Source: a bacterium (GTDB taxonomy: Bacteria > UBA8248). From it: 64,000 nt of DNA. The stretch spans positions 224,001 through 288,000 of the forward strand of contig CBDATS010000015.1 of NCBI GenBank assembly GCA_965200245.1, read 5' to 3'. A model generated the notes under the pieces. The model saw only the letters and a program-made list of their open reading frames with translations. It was not told where the DNA came from and ran no database searches. Each line of letters begins with the position of its first letter. Position 1 is the first letter of the stretch. A program made the position numbers and the translations under genes. This document shows positions 9,549-20,471 of this stretch, piece by piece.

Positions 9549-11261
9549 ATGCGATTTTCAAGGGGTTTTTTTTCCACATTAAAAGAAGCGCCTGCAGAAG
9601 CGGAGGTCGTCAGCCATAAGCTCATGGTGAGGGCAGGTATGATTCGCCGGTTGGCGGCTGGCGTATATACGTTATTACCCCTCGGCGTGCGCGTACAACG
9701 TAAAGTAGAGCAGATTTTACGTGAAGAATTAAATCGCTCAGGTGCGCAGGAAGTTTTTCTGCCCACGCTGAATCCCGCCGAGCTTTGGCGAAAAACCGGA
9801 CGATGGGAAGTATATGGCAAAGAACTGATTCGATTGAAGGATCGCCATGAGCGTGATTTTTGTCTGGGACCCACGCATGAAGAAGTAATTACCGATCTGG
9901 TAGCGCGTGAAGTGAGAAGCTACCGGGATCTTCCTCTTAACCTGTATCAGATTCAAACGAAATTCAGAGACGAGATACGACCCCGTTTCGGCGTGATGCG
10001 CGGACGGGAGTTTACGATGAAAGACGGCTACAGCTTCGATCGGAATGAAGCGGATGCAGAGAAAAGCTATGAAGAAATGGTGCAAGCCTATACGCGTATC
10101 TTTCGGCGCTGTGGACTGAAGTTCAGCGCTGTGGAAGCGGATTCAGGGGCTATTGGCGGGAGTTTTTCACACGAGTTTATGGTGATGGCCGATACAGGTG
10201 AGGAGGCAATCACCGTTTGCGACTCTTGCGGTTACGCGGCGAATGTGGAAAAATCCTTGGTTAGCTTGGAATTGCCAGAGAATGAGGGGGGCGAACTCCA
10301 AAAAGTCCATACTCCCGGAGTTCATACGATAGAAGAAGTGGCGGAATTCCTTTCTTTGTCGCCAAATCGGATGCTCAAAACTCTTTTGTATATTGCTGAT
10401 GGTGCCCCAGTCGCCGCAATGGTTCCAGGCCACAGGGAATTGAACGAAGTCAAGCTGAAGAATGCGCTCGATGCGGTGGATATCGAGCTTGCTGACGCCG
10501 AGACGGTCCAGAAACTTACCAACTCTGAAGTGGGTTTTGCGGGTCCCATAGGTTTGTCGAAAGTTCGACTTGTGGCCGATTCCTCTATCGAGAACAGCGG
10601 CGGCTTGGTTGTCGGAGCGAATGAAACGGACCATCACTATACAGGTGCATGCGAGGGTCGTGACTTTTCTGTAGGCGAATACGCGGACATCACGGTTGCG
10701 CAGGAAGGAGATTCCTGCCCCAAGTGTGGGTTTAGGCTGGACATCAGACGTGGCATCGAAGTGGGGCATGTCTTCAAGCTGGGTTGCAAGTATTCCGAAT
10801 CCCTGGATGCAATCTATCAGGATGAGAACGGTGAGACGCACGCCATCGTCATGGGTTGTTATGGGATTGGCGTGGGCCGGACAGTAGCTGCGGCCATAGA
10901 ACAGAATCATGATATCGACGGTATCGTTTGGCCTGCTCCCATCGCGCCGTATCATGTGGATATCATTCCGGTGAAGCTGGATAATGAAATCATGGAGGTT
11001 TGCGGCCAAATATACGACTCGCTTGAGAGCGCGGGTGTGGATGTCGCGTTCGATGACAGGGATGAGCGCCCAGGTGTGAAATTTAAGGATGCTGACCTCA
11101 TCGGTTTCCCCTATAAAGCAGTCATTGGGCCGAGGGGACTCAAAGAGGGCAAATTAGAGATAAAATCAAGAAGAACCAGTGAAACACAATTTGTAGCGAT
11201 TAACGAAGCGGTATCTTTTCTTGCAAATCTCATCGCAGGAGAGATGAAATCTGTCGAATGA
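9549..11261 (+). CDS. proS: Proline--tRNA ligase (bacterial type with editing insertion)
   Basis: LGPTHEE, KFRDEIRPRFGVMRGREF, GIEVGHVFKLG, MGCYGIGV, GVKFKDADLIG. Confidence 0.98.
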   Translation: MRFSRGFFSTLKEAPAEAEVVSHKLMVRAGMIRRLAAGVYTLLPLGVRVQRKVEQILREELNRSGAQEVFLPTLNPAELWRKTGRWEVYGKELIRLKDRHERDFCLGPTHEEVITDLVAREVRSYRDLPLNLYQIQTKFRDEIRPRFGVMRGREFTMKDGYSFDRNEADAEKSYEEMVQAYTRIFRRCGLKFSAVEADSGAIGGSFSHEFMVMADTGEEAITVCDSCGYAANVEKSLVSLELPENEGGELQKVHTPGVHTIEEVAEFLSLSPNRMLKTLLYIADGAPVAAMVPGHRELNEVKLKNALDAVDIELADAETVQKLTNSEVGFAGPIGLSKVRLVADSSIENSGGLVVGANETDHHYTGACEGRDFSVGEYADITVAQEGDSCPKCGFRLDIRRGIEVGHVFKLGCKYSESLDAIYQDENGETHAIVMGCYGIGVGRTVAAAIEQNHDIDGIVWPAPIAPYHVDIIPVKLDNEIMEVCGQIYDSLESAGVDVAFDDRDERPGVKFKDADLIGFPYKAVIGPRGLKEGKLEIKSRRTSETQFVAINEAVSFLANLIAGEMKSVE

Positions 11262-11354
11262 TTCGGGGTTCTCTGACTCTCTGCCGAAGCGACTCTTGAC
11301 TCTTCATTCTCATGTGTTGGTGAGTCCAGGTTTTGGGGAGACAAAATAGAAAAC

Positions 11355-11384
11355 TTGACGATTTTGGGCACCTGCATTTATATT
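11355..11384 (+). promoter_or_regulatory. Possible sigma70 promoter
   Basis: TTGACG-N18-TATATT upstream of the small ORF and tRNA-Met. Confidence 0.35.
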
Positions 11385-11428
11385 CTGCATCGGTAGTAGG
11401 TTGAAGTTTCGCAGGGAGATATGCAAGC

Positions 11429-11626
11429 GTGGCTTATAGTGGAGTTCGGGAGTGTGCTGTTTGCGCTTGGCGAGAGGGTTGTCGCCTGAGATATCGAAAT
11501 GAACCGGACGGAGCGATCTTCTGCCCGGAATTTTCTCCAGACTTAAGATTACAACAAACCGAATCGAAGAACATATCATCTTCATCCGAACGCAGGAACA
11601 GGGAGCAAATGACAAATGAGACGTGA
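11429..11626 (+). CDS. Small Cys-rich hypothetical protein (CxxCxWxxxC...C)
   Basis: 65 aa ORF, GTG start after GGGAG; CAVCAWREGC..FCPEF has four Cys, a possible metal site. Confidence 0.55.
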   Translation: MAYSGVRECAVCAWREGCRLRYRNEPDGAIFCPEFSPDLRLQQTESKNISSSSERRNREQMTNET

Positions 11627-11784
11627 AATTGAGATTCTTGTTTTGCTCTTGTTGGGATATTTGTGCTTGATGCTAGGCTTTCGCATGGAAGATATCGGAA
11701 TGCAGGTTTTCTTCTATATTCTCTCGGCCATGTTTTTTTTCGCCATATTCCGACCCAAACAGTCTCCCTAACAGGGTGCATCCC

Positions 11785-11861
11785 GGCGGCGTAGCTCAAC
11801 TGGTTAGAGCATACGGCTCATATCCGTAGTGTTGGGGGTTCAAGTCCCTCCGCCGCCACCA
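11785..11861 (+). tRNA. tRNA-Met (CAT), elongator type
   Basis: GGCGGCG/CGCCGCC acceptor stem, anticodon arm TACGG-CTCATAT-CCGTA, GTTCAAG T loop, encoded CCA. Confidence 0.9.
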
Positions 11862-11883
11862 TTTCCTCGCCGCTCAGGGGAGG

Positions 11884-13380
11884 ATGTTTCTGGTGATTTC
11901 AGACTCCTCACGACCGGTCTCTTTGAAAATAAAAAAAACGTTCGAAGCCAAGGTGAGAAAGGGTCTAAAAAATTCGGCTTATCAGTCCGGAACCGCCCCT
12001 TTGCTCGTCGGTTTTTCGGGTGGAGCTGATTCCACTGCTCTTTTGCTGTCTATCAAGTCTGTTCTTTCGGATTCACAACCCCTGTGCGCTGTTCATGTAG
12101 ATCATGGACTTCGTGGCAATCTGTCGAAAAGAGATGCTGAACATACCGAGAATGTGTGTCGTCAGTATGGCATAGATTTTTGTTACAGGCGTGTTCATGT
12201 GTCTGGCATTTCGCATTTGGGTCTCGAAGGGGCTGCTCGCGAATCCAGACGCTCTGCATTTCTTGCTGTCGCTCGGGAAATGGGAGCCGATACATTCGCG
12301 TTGGCCCATAGCATGAATGATCAGGCCGAAACCGTGCTCATGCGCTTATTTGAAGGAGCAGGCGTGAGAGGAATTTCCGGCATGAAATGGCGGACACTCA
12401 TTCCATCAAACGGAATGGATGATCTCTACATTATTCGGCCTTTTTTAGGTGTGTCTCGCGAGGAAATAATGGAATACCTGAGGGCACAAGGAGTCTCTTG
12501 GGTTGAGGATGAAACAAACGAAGATGAAAGCCGCCTCAGAAATCGCATACGCAAGAAAATTATTCCTGCGATTCGAGAATATATTGGTGATGCGGCCATT
12601 GCAGGAATTGCCAAGAGTGCGAGGGTAACAGCCCCTATTATCACTTTCATGGATGAGATGTCTAGGGACTTGAATGCGAATTACATCCATGAAGATAATG
12701 GGAAACTTGTAGTAACTCCCCTAGAGGAGGTGAAAACCCTCGATCCTGCGCTTAGAGCGGAATTTTGGCGCTCGGTGCTTGCAATGCTTGCTGACGTATC
12801 GTCTGTTCACATTGGTAGGCGTGCTCTCTGGAGGTGGATTGAAGGTTTAGACGCTATGGTGATGAGTGACAAGCCATCGGGTGTGTTGAATTTGGTGGGC
12901 ATCTTGGAAGCCAGGAGAGAATACGACCGGTTGATCTTTGGATATGCCAGTCTTCATTCGGAGTTGCTTGAGGTGGCGAGGCTGAAAATTCCAGGAAAGA
13001 CGGTTCATCGTTCGCTTCGTCTTGTAATAGAAGCTTCATATGACTTGTCACATTATCCCTGCGAAGTGTGGGAGGCGCGGCTGGATGCAGCAAAACTGGG
13101 CGAGGGTGCCGTTGTACGGACACGGCGTAACGGGGATCGTTTTCATCCCTTAGGCCGGGAAAAATCAAGGAAACTCAAGGATTATTTTATTGAGAAGAAA
13201 ATACCGAAACCTCGAAGGGATCAAGTTCCCCTTTTAGCCCATGGTAACAAGATAGCTTGGATTATCGGTCATCAGGTCTCAGCAGAATTCGTGCTTGATG
13301 GGGGTGAGAATAGAGGAGTTACACTTAAAGTGTTGCCAGAGAGTGGAGATGCTAAACAATTAAGTTCGCTTGCTCAATAA
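11884..13380 (+). CDS. tilS: tRNA(Ile)-lysidine synthetase
   Basis: PP-loop SGGADS, HVDHGLRG, AHSMNDQAETVLMRL, IIRPFL, RNRIR, C-terminal RKLKDYFIEKKIP; next to ftsH. Confidence 0.95.
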   Translation: MFLVISDSSRPVSLKIKKTFEAKVRKGLKNSAYQSGTAPLLVGFSGGADSTALLLSIKSVLSDSQPLCAVHVDHGLRGNLSKRDAEHTENVCRQYGIDFCYRRVHVSGISHLGLEGAARESRRSAFLAVAREMGADTFALAHSMNDQAETVLMRLFEGAGVRGISGMKWRTLIPSNGMDDLYIIRPFLGVSREEIMEYLRAQGVSWVEDETNEDESRLRNRIRKKIIPAIREYIGDAAIAGIAKSARVTAPIITFMDEMSRDLNANYIHEDNGKLVVTPLEEVKTLDPALRAEFWRSVLAMLADVSSVHIGRRALWRWIEGLDAMVMSDKPSGVLNLVGILEARREYDRLIFGYASLHSELLEVARLKIPGKTVHRSLRLVIEASYDLSHYPCEVWEARLDAAKLGEGAVVRTRRNGDRFHPLGREKSRKLKDYFIEKKIPKPRRDQVPLLAHGNKIAWIIGHQVSAEFVLDGGENRGVTLKVLPESGDAKQLSSLAQ

Positions 13381-13474
13381 TATGGAGTTTAACTCGTGGA
13401 CGGATGGGGAAAATCCTGATAACTTGTAGCGAGAAGTTGCGAAGTAACTAACTTGAAAATAGAAGGAATGGATT

Positions 13475-15514
13475 TTGAATCAATTTTACAAGAATTTGGC
13501 CCTTTGGTTGATTATCGGGTTGATAATGGTGGGGTTGTTTCAGGCCTTCAATAGCCCACGCTCCGCCGACAAAACGGTTGTTTACAGCGATTTCCTGCAG
13601 GCGGTGTCCGAAGGTCAGGTGAGCGAGGTAATTGTTCAGGGAGACAATATTCGGGGTCGCTATCTTGGAGGCAGTTCTTTCTTCACACATGCTCCCAAAG
13701 ATCCGAAATTGATCGACACCTTGCGTGCACAAGGCGTTCGCATCACAGCGCAGCCTGTTGAACAAAACTCTTGGTATATTAATATGCTGTTGAGTTGGCT
13801 GCCGATGCTGGTAATGCTGGGTGTCTGGATTTTCTTTATGCGTCAGATGCAGATGGGTGGTTCGAAAGCCTTGTCATTCGGAAAAAGCAAAGCTCGAATG
13901 ATGCCCGAATCAGCAAAGAAAAAGATTACATTCGCAAATGTGGCCGGTATAGAGGAAGCAAAAGAAGAACTTGAGGAACTCGTCGATTTTCTCCGAGATC
14001 CGCAGAAGTTTACTCGCTTGGGCGCACGTATCCCGAAGGGTGTTCTCATGGTTGGCCCCCCGGGTACTGGCAAGACCTTGCTGGCGCGCGCCATCGCTGG
14101 GGAAGCGGATGTACCGTTTTTCTCTATCAGCGGTTCCAGTTTTGTGGAAATGTTTGTAGGAGTTGGAGCGTCAAGAGTTCGGGATTTGTTTGAGCAGGGC
14201 AAATCGAATGCGCCTTGCATTATTTTCATTGATGAGATTGACGCCGTTGGACGACACCGAGGCGCCGGGTTGGGAGGGGGCCACGACGAGCGTGAACAGA
14301 CGCTCAATCAGCTTCTTGTTGAAATGGATGGTTTTGAATCAAACGATGGGGTCATCCTGATGGCGGCGACAAATCGGCCGGATGTGCTGGACCCTGCACT
14401 CCTCAGGCCCGGTCGCTTTGATCGTCAGATTGTCGTTTCCTTGCCAGATATCAAAGGACGTCTAGCCATATTGAAGGTGCACGCCGAGAGCGTGCCCCTT
14501 GATGAATCGGTCGATTTGAATCTCATCGCGCGCGGAACACCGCGGTTCGCAGGCGCCGATCTAGCGAACCTTTTGAACGAATCCGCACTCCTCGCGGCGC
14601 GTAGGGGAAAACGCGCAGTTGAAAATGAAGACTTGATGGAAGCGAAAGACAAGGTCTTGATGGGCAAAGAGCGGCGCAGCATGGTTCTCAGCGAAAAAGA
14701 GAAGAAAAATACGGCCTACCACGAAGCGGGGCACGCACTTGCTGCGTTCTTGATTCCTGGCACGGATCCGGTCGAGAAGGTGACGATTATACCGAGAGGT
14801 TTTTCTTTGGGAAGCACATGGTCCTCACCACTCGAGGATCGCTATAGCAACGACAAAACATTTTTGACGAATCAGCTTGTTTGTCTGATGGGTGGGCGCG
14901 CGGCGGAAATGTTGGTTTTTGAGGAATTAACAACGGGGGCGAAGGCAGACATCCAGACGGCGACCGACTTGGCGAGAAGCATGGTTTGTGAGTGGGGGAT
15001 GAGTGAAAAACTCGGTCCTTTGGCGTATGGTAAAAAACACGAGCAAATCTTCTTGGGTCGCGAAATCTCCCAGCACAGGGATTATAGCGACCAAGTGGCG
15101 CTGGAAATCGATAACGAAGTAAAGAACATGGTTTCCTCGGGGTATGAGAGAGCATATAAATTGCTTGAGGAAAATCGGGACAAGCTCGATTTGCTCGCCA
15201 ATGCGCTGCTCGAATTTGAAACCATCGATCTCGAAGATATCGAATCCCTGATGGGGACCGGAGAGATTTCCAGGAATCGTAAGCGGAAAGAAGAAGTTGG
15301 CGAGGGAAACACTCCAGCATCTCCGCAACCGGCGGGAAAACCTTGCGAGGACCCGCAGGGATCTCCGCCTGACTTAGCGCCCGGCCAAGCCCGGCCAAGC
15401 CTAGTTTCTTTTTTCGATATATCATGTCATGCAGAATCGCTCTTCGGGTCAGTTGTTTCTGGGTCGAGAAGGCTCAAGCGACCTGGTGACCAATATATAA
15501 CTTTGAGAAAATGA
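13475..15514 (+). CDS. ftsH: ATP-dependent zinc metalloprotease FtsH
   Basis: Two TM helices, [41 protein letters not shown]; C-terminus lengthened by a 10-bp duplication. Confidence 0.97.
   Translation: MNQFYKNLALWLIIGLIMVGLFQAFNSPRSADKTVVYSDFLQAVSEGQVSEVIVQGDNIRGRYLGGSSFFTHAPKDPKLIDTLRAQGVRITAQPVEQNSWYINMLLSWLPMLVMLGVWIFFMRQMQMGGSKALSFGKSKARMMPESAKKKITFANVAGIEEAKEELEELVDFLRDPQKFTRLGARIPKGVLMVGPPGTGKTLLARAIAGEADVPFFSISGSSFVEMFVGVGASRVRDLFEQGKSNAPCIIFIDEIDAVGRHRGAGLGGGHDEREQTLNQLLVEMDGFESNDGVILMAATNRPDVLDPALLRPGRFDRQIVVSLPDIKGRLAILKVHAESVPLDESVDLNLIARGTPRFAGADLANLLNESALLAARRGKRAVENEDLMEAKDKVLMGKERRSMVLSEKEKKNTAYHEAGHALAAFLIPGTDPVEKVTIIPRGFSLGSTWSSPLEDRYSNDKTFLTNQLVCLMGGRAAEMLVFEELTTGAKADIQTATDLARSMVCEWGMSEKLGPLAYGKKHEQIFLGREISQHRDYSDQVALEIDNEVKNMVSSGYERAYKLLEENRDKLDLLANALLEFETIDLEDIESLMGTGEISRNRKRKEEVGEGNTPASPQPAGKPCEDPQGSPPDLAPGQARPSLVSFFDISCHAESLFGSVVSGSRRLKRPGDQYITLRK
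15381..15400 (+). repeat. 10-bp direct tandem repeat CCGGCCAAGC x2
   Basis: Read directly: ccggccaagc ccggccaagc ctag. Confidence 0.95.
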
Positions 15515-16242
15515 TGGCCAAGCTCTGTGTGAATGTGGACCATGTCGCCACCATCCGGGAAGCGCGAAAGACGAATGAACCGGATCCTGTAGCAGCTGCG
15601 CTTATCGCTGAACGTGCGGGCGCGATAGGCATCACCATTCACCTGCGTGAAGATAGAAGGCATATCCAGGACAGGGATTTGAGATTGATGCGCCAAGTGG
15701 TTCGTGGCAAGCTCAACCTGGAGATGGCTCCTATAACCGAGATGCAGGACATCGCGCTTGATATGGAACCTGAGCAGGTTACCTTGGTTCCGGAACGACG
15801 TGAGGAAATAACGACCGAGGGTGGCTTAGATGTGGCGGGCCACTTCGAACAGATAGCCAACTTGATGAAACCGCTGCGAGATGCTGGGCTTCTCTTGAGT
15901 CTGTTTATAGACCCTTACACTGAACAGATTGAAGCTGTTAAGGAGTTAGAGGCTGATTTTGTCGAACTGAACACGGCGGCTTATGCTGAGGCCAAAAATC
16001 ATGCATCACGGCAAAAGGAACTGAGCGAACTCAAGAATGCTTCCTTGTATGCTCACGATCTGGGACTCGGCGTTCACGCGGGCCACGGCTTAACCTATTT
16101 TAATGTGGAAGCCGTTGCATCTCTCCCTCATCTGCAAGAATTGAACATAGGCCACAGTATAGTCTCACATTCTGTTTTTGTCGGCTTTGAAAGAGCCGTA
16201 CGAGAAATGTTGGATATTATTGAACGAGTGAGCGCCATCTGA
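15511..16242 (+). CDS. pdxJ: Pyridoxine 5'-phosphate synthase
   Basis: [54 protein letters not shown]. Confidence 0.97.
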   Translation: MMAKLCVNVDHVATIREARKTNEPDPVAAALIAERAGAIGITIHLREDRRHIQDRDLRLMRQVVRGKLNLEMAPITEMQDIALDMEPEQVTLVPERREEITTEGGLDVAGHFEQIANLMKPLRDAGLLLSLFIDPYTEQIEAVKELEADFVELNTAAYAEAKNHASRQKELSELKNASLYAHDLGLGVHAGHGLTYFNVEAVASLPHLQELNIGHSIVSHSVFVGFERAVREMLDIIERVSAI

Positions 16243-16244
16243 GC

Positions 16245-17819
16245 ATGCCGATTCCCGTCGTTACTGCTCAAGAAATGTCGAATATCGATAATCGGGCGAT
16301 TCAAGAATACGGTATTCCCTCTATATGTTTAATGGAAGCGGCTGGCGTCAAATCCGCTCGAATGATCTGGGAGAAATTTGGTAGAACTGACCTCCGTGTG
16401 TTGATTGTTTGTGGGAAAGGAAACAACGGTGGAGATGGTTTCGTTATTGCCAGACACTTGTTCAATGCCGGGGCTGGTGTCGATATCGCGGTTTTGTTCC
16501 CCTTGCAAGAGGCTACGGGCGACCCGGCCGTTTTTTTAAGACCGCTGGAAAAGATGAGGATTCCCATCCTTGAAGTGGGAGAGGAGAATATACCACAATT
16601 AGGCAAGATGGCCGAAAATGCAGATATCATCATTGACGCCATTTTTGGAACTGGATTTCGTCCACCTGTTCGGGGTCTGCCGGGAGAAGCCATACGCATT
16701 CTTTCCGAATTTGAAACTAAGACCGTTTCCATTGATATACCTTCCGGGCTCGACGGCACGGCAGCTACTGCCGAATTTCCATATATCGATGCAGAAATCA
16801 CCTTGGCTCTAGGTGCTCTCAAACGGGGACACCTGCTGATGCCGGCCGCCGAGCATGTAGGTGAAGTCATATCTCTTGACATCGGGATTCCACATGAGTG
16901 TTTCAAGGAAGAAGGTGTTTTACTTCAAGTGACGGAACCTTCCGATGTAGCTGAAAATTTACCGGAAAGGCACCTCGATGCTCACAAGGGCGATGCTGGT
17001 CACCTGTTGTTGATAGCGGGCTCGCCCGGAATGTCGGGAGCCGCCTTGATGGCGGCCATGTCGGCTCTTCGCGCAGGTGCCGGCCGGGTGACGCTTGCGA
17101 CGCCGGAGAGCATTTATCCACTCATGGAAAGCAAGTACCCCGAAGTCATGACGTTATCGTTGCCGGCCACGGAGACGGGATCTGTCGACGCATCAGCATT
17201 CGATTTTATCGCCGAGCGATCTGAAGATATGAGCGCATTGGTCGTAGGTCCTGGACTCACTACGGACCCGAGAACAGCCGAATTGATCCGTCTTCTCATA
17301 CAACATATTGATACGCCCATTGTCCTTGATGCCGATGCTCTCAATGCGCTTGCGGAAGATTTGACTATTTTGGATGGCAGGTTCGCTCAATTGATCCTGA
17401 CTCCGCATCCGGGCGAGATGGCAAGATTGTTAGGAATCTCGACGAGAGAAGTGCAGGAAGGTCGCATCACGCATGCAAGTTTGTTCGCAGCGCACCATCA
17501 TCTTGATGTCGCCTTGAAGGGTTGGGGAACGATTGCCGTCACGTCGGACGGGGAAATTTGGTATAACCCCACCGGAAACTCGAATATGGCCACTGCAGGT
17601 AGCGGAGATGTATTGGCAGGTGTTATCGGTGCTTTGCTTGCTCAGGGCCTTGCAAACAAATGGGCTTTGATATGTGGAATATATTTGCATGGCTTGTCCG
17701 GAGAGTTGGCATCTTTGGAAGTAGGTGGACTCGGCCTCACGGCAACCGATATCTTGCAAGCTCTTCCAAAAGCGAGAAAAAAAGTACTGTCGGAAGCAGG
17801 AGGTTCTAAAACTGCTTGA
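16245..17819 (+). CDS. nnr: Bifunctional NAD(P)H-hydrate epimerase/dehydratase
   Basis: GKGNNGGDG, IDAIFGTG, DIPSG, HKGDAG, VVGPGL, LDADAL, LTPHPGEM, MATAGSGDVLAG. Confidence 0.95.
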   Translation: MPIPVVTAQEMSNIDNRAIQEYGIPSICLMEAAGVKSARMIWEKFGRTDLRVLIVCGKGNNGGDGFVIARHLFNAGAGVDIAVLFPLQEATGDPAVFLRPLEKMRIPILEVGEENIPQLGKMAENADIIIDAIFGTGFRPPVRGLPGEAIRILSEFETKTVSIDIPSGLDGTAATAEFPYIDAEITLALGALKRGHLLMPAAEHVGEVISLDIGIPHECFKEEGVLLQVTEPSDVAENLPERHLDAHKGDAGHLLLIAGSPGMSGAALMAAMSALRAGAGRVTLATPESIYPLMESKYPEVMTLSLPATETGSVDASAFDFIAERSEDMSALVVGPGLTTDPRTAELIRLLIQHIDTPIVLDADALNALAEDLTILDGRFAQLILTPHPGEMARLLGISTREVQEGRITHASLFAAHHHLDVALKGWGTIAVTSDGEIWYNPTGNSNMATAGSGDVLAGVIGALLAQGLANKWALICGIYLHGLSGELASLEVGGLGLTATDILQALPKARKKVLSEAGGSKTA

Positions 17820-18246
17820 ATTCCCCTTTGAAACGCAAAGCGATTCTGTGGAGCAAACGGTCGAGTTGGGTGTTCGTTTGGCGAAAGTATCGAGACCAGG
17901 CGAAGTCATATTTCTTGAGGGTGACTTAGGAGCTGGAAAAACTGCGTTTGCCAGAGGATTTGTCGAATCCACGCCAGGGGGAAAAGGGCAAATCATCAGA
18001 AGTCCCACGTTCGTTTATATTCACCACTATCCTACCAAGCCACCCGTACATCACATCGACTTGTATCGCCTCCCTGAGAAATCTGACCTCCGAGACATGG
18101 GTTTGTGGGATCATATTGGTGAGCACGATATTGTCTTGATTGAATGGCCCAATCATGTTGACAAGTGGCATTTCTCCATATCGACGCACGTCAAGTTTGA
18201 GATAGTGGGAGAACAAAGTCGGAAGTTGCACATTTCCAGACCTTGA
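17812..18246 (+). CDS. tsaE: tRNA t6A biosynthesis ATPase TsaE
   Basis: GDLGAGKT, SPTF, HIDLYRL, IEWP; follows nnr; start uncertain (CTG at 17812 after AGGAGGT). Confidence 0.92.
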   Translation: MLEFPFETQSDSVEQTVELGVRLAKVSRPGEVIFLEGDLGAGKTAFARGFVESTPGGKGQIIRSPTFVYIHHYPTKPPVHHIDLYRLPEKSDLRDMGLWDHIGEHDIVLIEWPNHVDKWHFSISTHVKFEIVGEQSRKLHISRP

Positions 18247-18441
18247 GGGAGATTTCTCTTCTTTACAAAGAATGAAATGGGTGGCAATTTGTTCAGGTAT
18301 TATTTTTGCGTGTGCTCGTTGCGAGAAAAAAATGCAAACCGAGCAGGAAGATGAACTTGGTGGATATGGAGGGATGCATTTCTTATTACAGATGTAATAC
18401 TGGAAGATATTGAATACCGCCTGGATATCGGAAGGTTAGCG

Positions 18442-19053
18442 ATGCTTTTCAGTAAGATACTGCGAGTGGTGTTACTGGGTTTTTTACTCGCTATAGGCGG
18501 CACGATTACTTATTTTCTTTTGGGTTCTTCGGGTCATCATTTGAAAATAGGAGAAGTTTCATTCAAGGGCTCGGATGCGGATATAAATATCAATAAAGTG
18601 CATGTTATTCAAAACACGAAAGGCAGAAAGGAATGGGAGTTGTGGGCGGATTCGGCTAATGTGTATCGTCAAAAAGAGTTGACGATTCTGAAGAACCTGA
18701 AGCTTCGTTTTTATCCGGAAAAAGGCAACCCTACGTTAGTGACTGCCCAGCAAGGAACTATGCAGAATGAAAGCCATAATATCAAAATCAGCGGCAATAT
18801 CACTATAATTACATCAAACGGCGTTTCAATGAAAACGGGGTCTTTGTATTTTCGCGCAAAAGAAAAGCGCATTGAATCAGATTCAAGGGTTTTGATGGAG
18901 GGTGCTGGCTTTCGCTTGGTCGGAACGGGCTTGGAGGGGCAAACTGATATCGGGCATTATGCTCTGAAGAAAAAAGTGAGGGCGACGATTTTCGGTGCGA
19001 ACAGAAACCCTCTCAAGCAGGAAAGACGAAACAGGCTTACTCGCGCGAATTAG
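18442..19053 (+). CDS. lptC: LPS export periplasmic protein LptC
   Basis: Single N-terminal TM, KEWELWADSA, beta-rich periplasmic domain; upstream of lptA-lptB-rpoN. Confidence 0.8.
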   Translation: MLFSKILRVVLLGFLLAIGGTITYFLLGSSGHHLKIGEVSFKGSDADININKVHVIQNTKGRKEWELWADSANVYRQKELTILKNLKLRFYPEKGNPTLVTAQQGTMQNESHNIKISGNITIITSNGVSMKTGSLYFRAKEKRIESDSRVLMEGAGFRLVGTGLEGQTDIGHYALKKKVRATIFGANRNPLKQERRNRLTRAN

Positions 19054-19075
19054 TGGAACAGACTGTCTGTCCCAA

Positions 19076-19681
19076 ATGGAGGCTGTTTTGAAACCAGTCA
19101 ACTGCTGCCCGAAGCATCTCGGCCTCATTGGTATAGGATTATGTGTGGTCTGCATTTTGTGGGGTTCCCCTTATTCGTTTGCGCAAGGGAAAAACAAAAG
19201 AGGCCAGCTACACACCAAGGATCAAATTCACATCACCTCTGATAAGATGGAAGTCAAGAGTCGCGAGAATCTCATCGTGTTCATCGGTAACGTACAGGCT
19301 AATCATGGAGATGTGAATCTGAAAGCGAATCGCTTGGAAGTTTATACACAGCCGACCACAGGGGCGAGTTCGAAACGTAAGCCGATTCCCAACGACAGGG
19401 CAGGGGAAATCGATAGAATTGTGGCGATTGGGAACGTGAAGATGGGCCAAGCGAAAAGGAGGTTCGCCACTGCCGCAAGGCTTGAATATCGAGAATCCAC
19501 TGGTATCGCAATTCTGACGGGCAATCCCCGCGTATGGGAAAGGAAAAATCAGTTGGTCGGCGCAAAAATAGAGTTAAACTTGAGAGAAAACAAAACGATA
19601 GTCCATGGCACGCCTCGCCGAAGAGTCAGCGTTACCGTATTCCCTTCCAGCGAGACGCCCCGTCCCTCAAAATCCAACTAA
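19076..19681 (+). CDS. lptA: LPS transport periplasmic protein LptA
   Basis: IHITSDKM, VFIGNVQA, RIVAIGNV, ILTGNPRVW, GAKIEL (OstA-like); start uncertain. Confidence 0.85.
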   Translation: MEAVLKPVNCCPKHLGLIGIGLCVVCILWGSPYSFAQGKNKRGQLHTKDQIHITSDKMEVKSRENLIVFIGNVQANHGDVNLKANRLEVYTQPTTGASSKRKPIPNDRAGEIDRIVAIGNVKMGQAKRRFATAARLEYRESTGIAILTGNPRVWERKNQLVGAKIELNLRENKTIVHGTPRRRVSVTVFPSSETPRPSKSN

Positions 19682-19690
19682 ACCCATGCA

Positions 19691-20455
19691 ATGGCTACGC
19701 AGACCAATAGCAACGCGACGTGGCGGCCAGATGTCTTTTCCATCCAAGCTATAGGCTTGACGAAAAGCTATGCTGGAAGAGAGGTGGTTTCCGGCGTCGA
19801 GATAGAAGTGCATCCTAGCGAAATCGTCGGGTTGCTTGGACCGAACGGGGCTGGCAAGACGACAATATTTTATATGATTGTCGGGTTGCTCGTTCCGGAT
19901 GCGGGAAAGATTTTCTTGAACGGCGAAGAAATCACCAGCCAACCTATGTATAGGCGCGCCAAGCAAGGAATCAACTATTTGCCACAGGAAGCATCCGTAT
20001 TTCGTCGCCTTACAGTGAGGCAAAATGTTATGGCGGTGCTTGAATTGGTTTTACAAGATCGAAATGAGCGAGAGAGGCGTTTGGACGAGATTTTAGAGGA
20101 CCTCGACATCCAGCATATTCAATCGGCAAGGGGATATGCCCTATCCGGCGGAGAGCGGAGACGTGTAGAAATTGCCCGTGCACTGGCCACCAATCCTATG
20201 TTCATGCTCCTGGATGAGCCTTTTGCTGGAATCGACCCCATTCTAGTGAACGATATCCAGGGTATCGTGACGGACTTAAAAGCTCGTGGTATTGGCATCA
20301 TTATCACTGATCACAACGTGCGCGAGGCGCTTCATATATCCGACAGGGTGTACATTATCAACGAGGGGCGGATTCTGGAGTCCGGTATGCCGGAGGAAAT
20401 CGCCGCCAGCGAAAAGGCCCGGGATATTTATCTGGGTGAGAAATTTCGTCTTTGA
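19691..20455 (+). CDS. lptB: LPS export ABC transporter ATPase LptB
   Basis: [55 protein letters not shown]. Confidence 0.97.
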   Translation: MATQTNSNATWRPDVFSIQAIGLTKSYAGREVVSGVEIEVHPSEIVGLLGPNGAGKTTIFYMIVGLLVPDAGKIFLNGEEITSQPMYRRAKQGINYLPQEASVFRRLTVRQNVMAVLELVLQDRNERERRLDEILEDLDIQHIQSARGYALSGGERRRVEIARALATNPMFMLLDEPFAGIDPILVNDIQGIVTDLKARGIGIIITDHNVREALHISDRVYIINEGRILESGMPEEIAASEKARDIYLGEKFRL

Positions 20456-20471
20456 TGGTAAGGGAACAGAC

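Noticed and set aside
11785-11861. tRNA(CAT) next to tilS as its substrate tRNA-Ile2
   Set aside because: Acceptor stem GGCGGCG and anticodon loop CTCATAT look like elongator tRNA-Met; tRNAscan-SE isotype models would settle it
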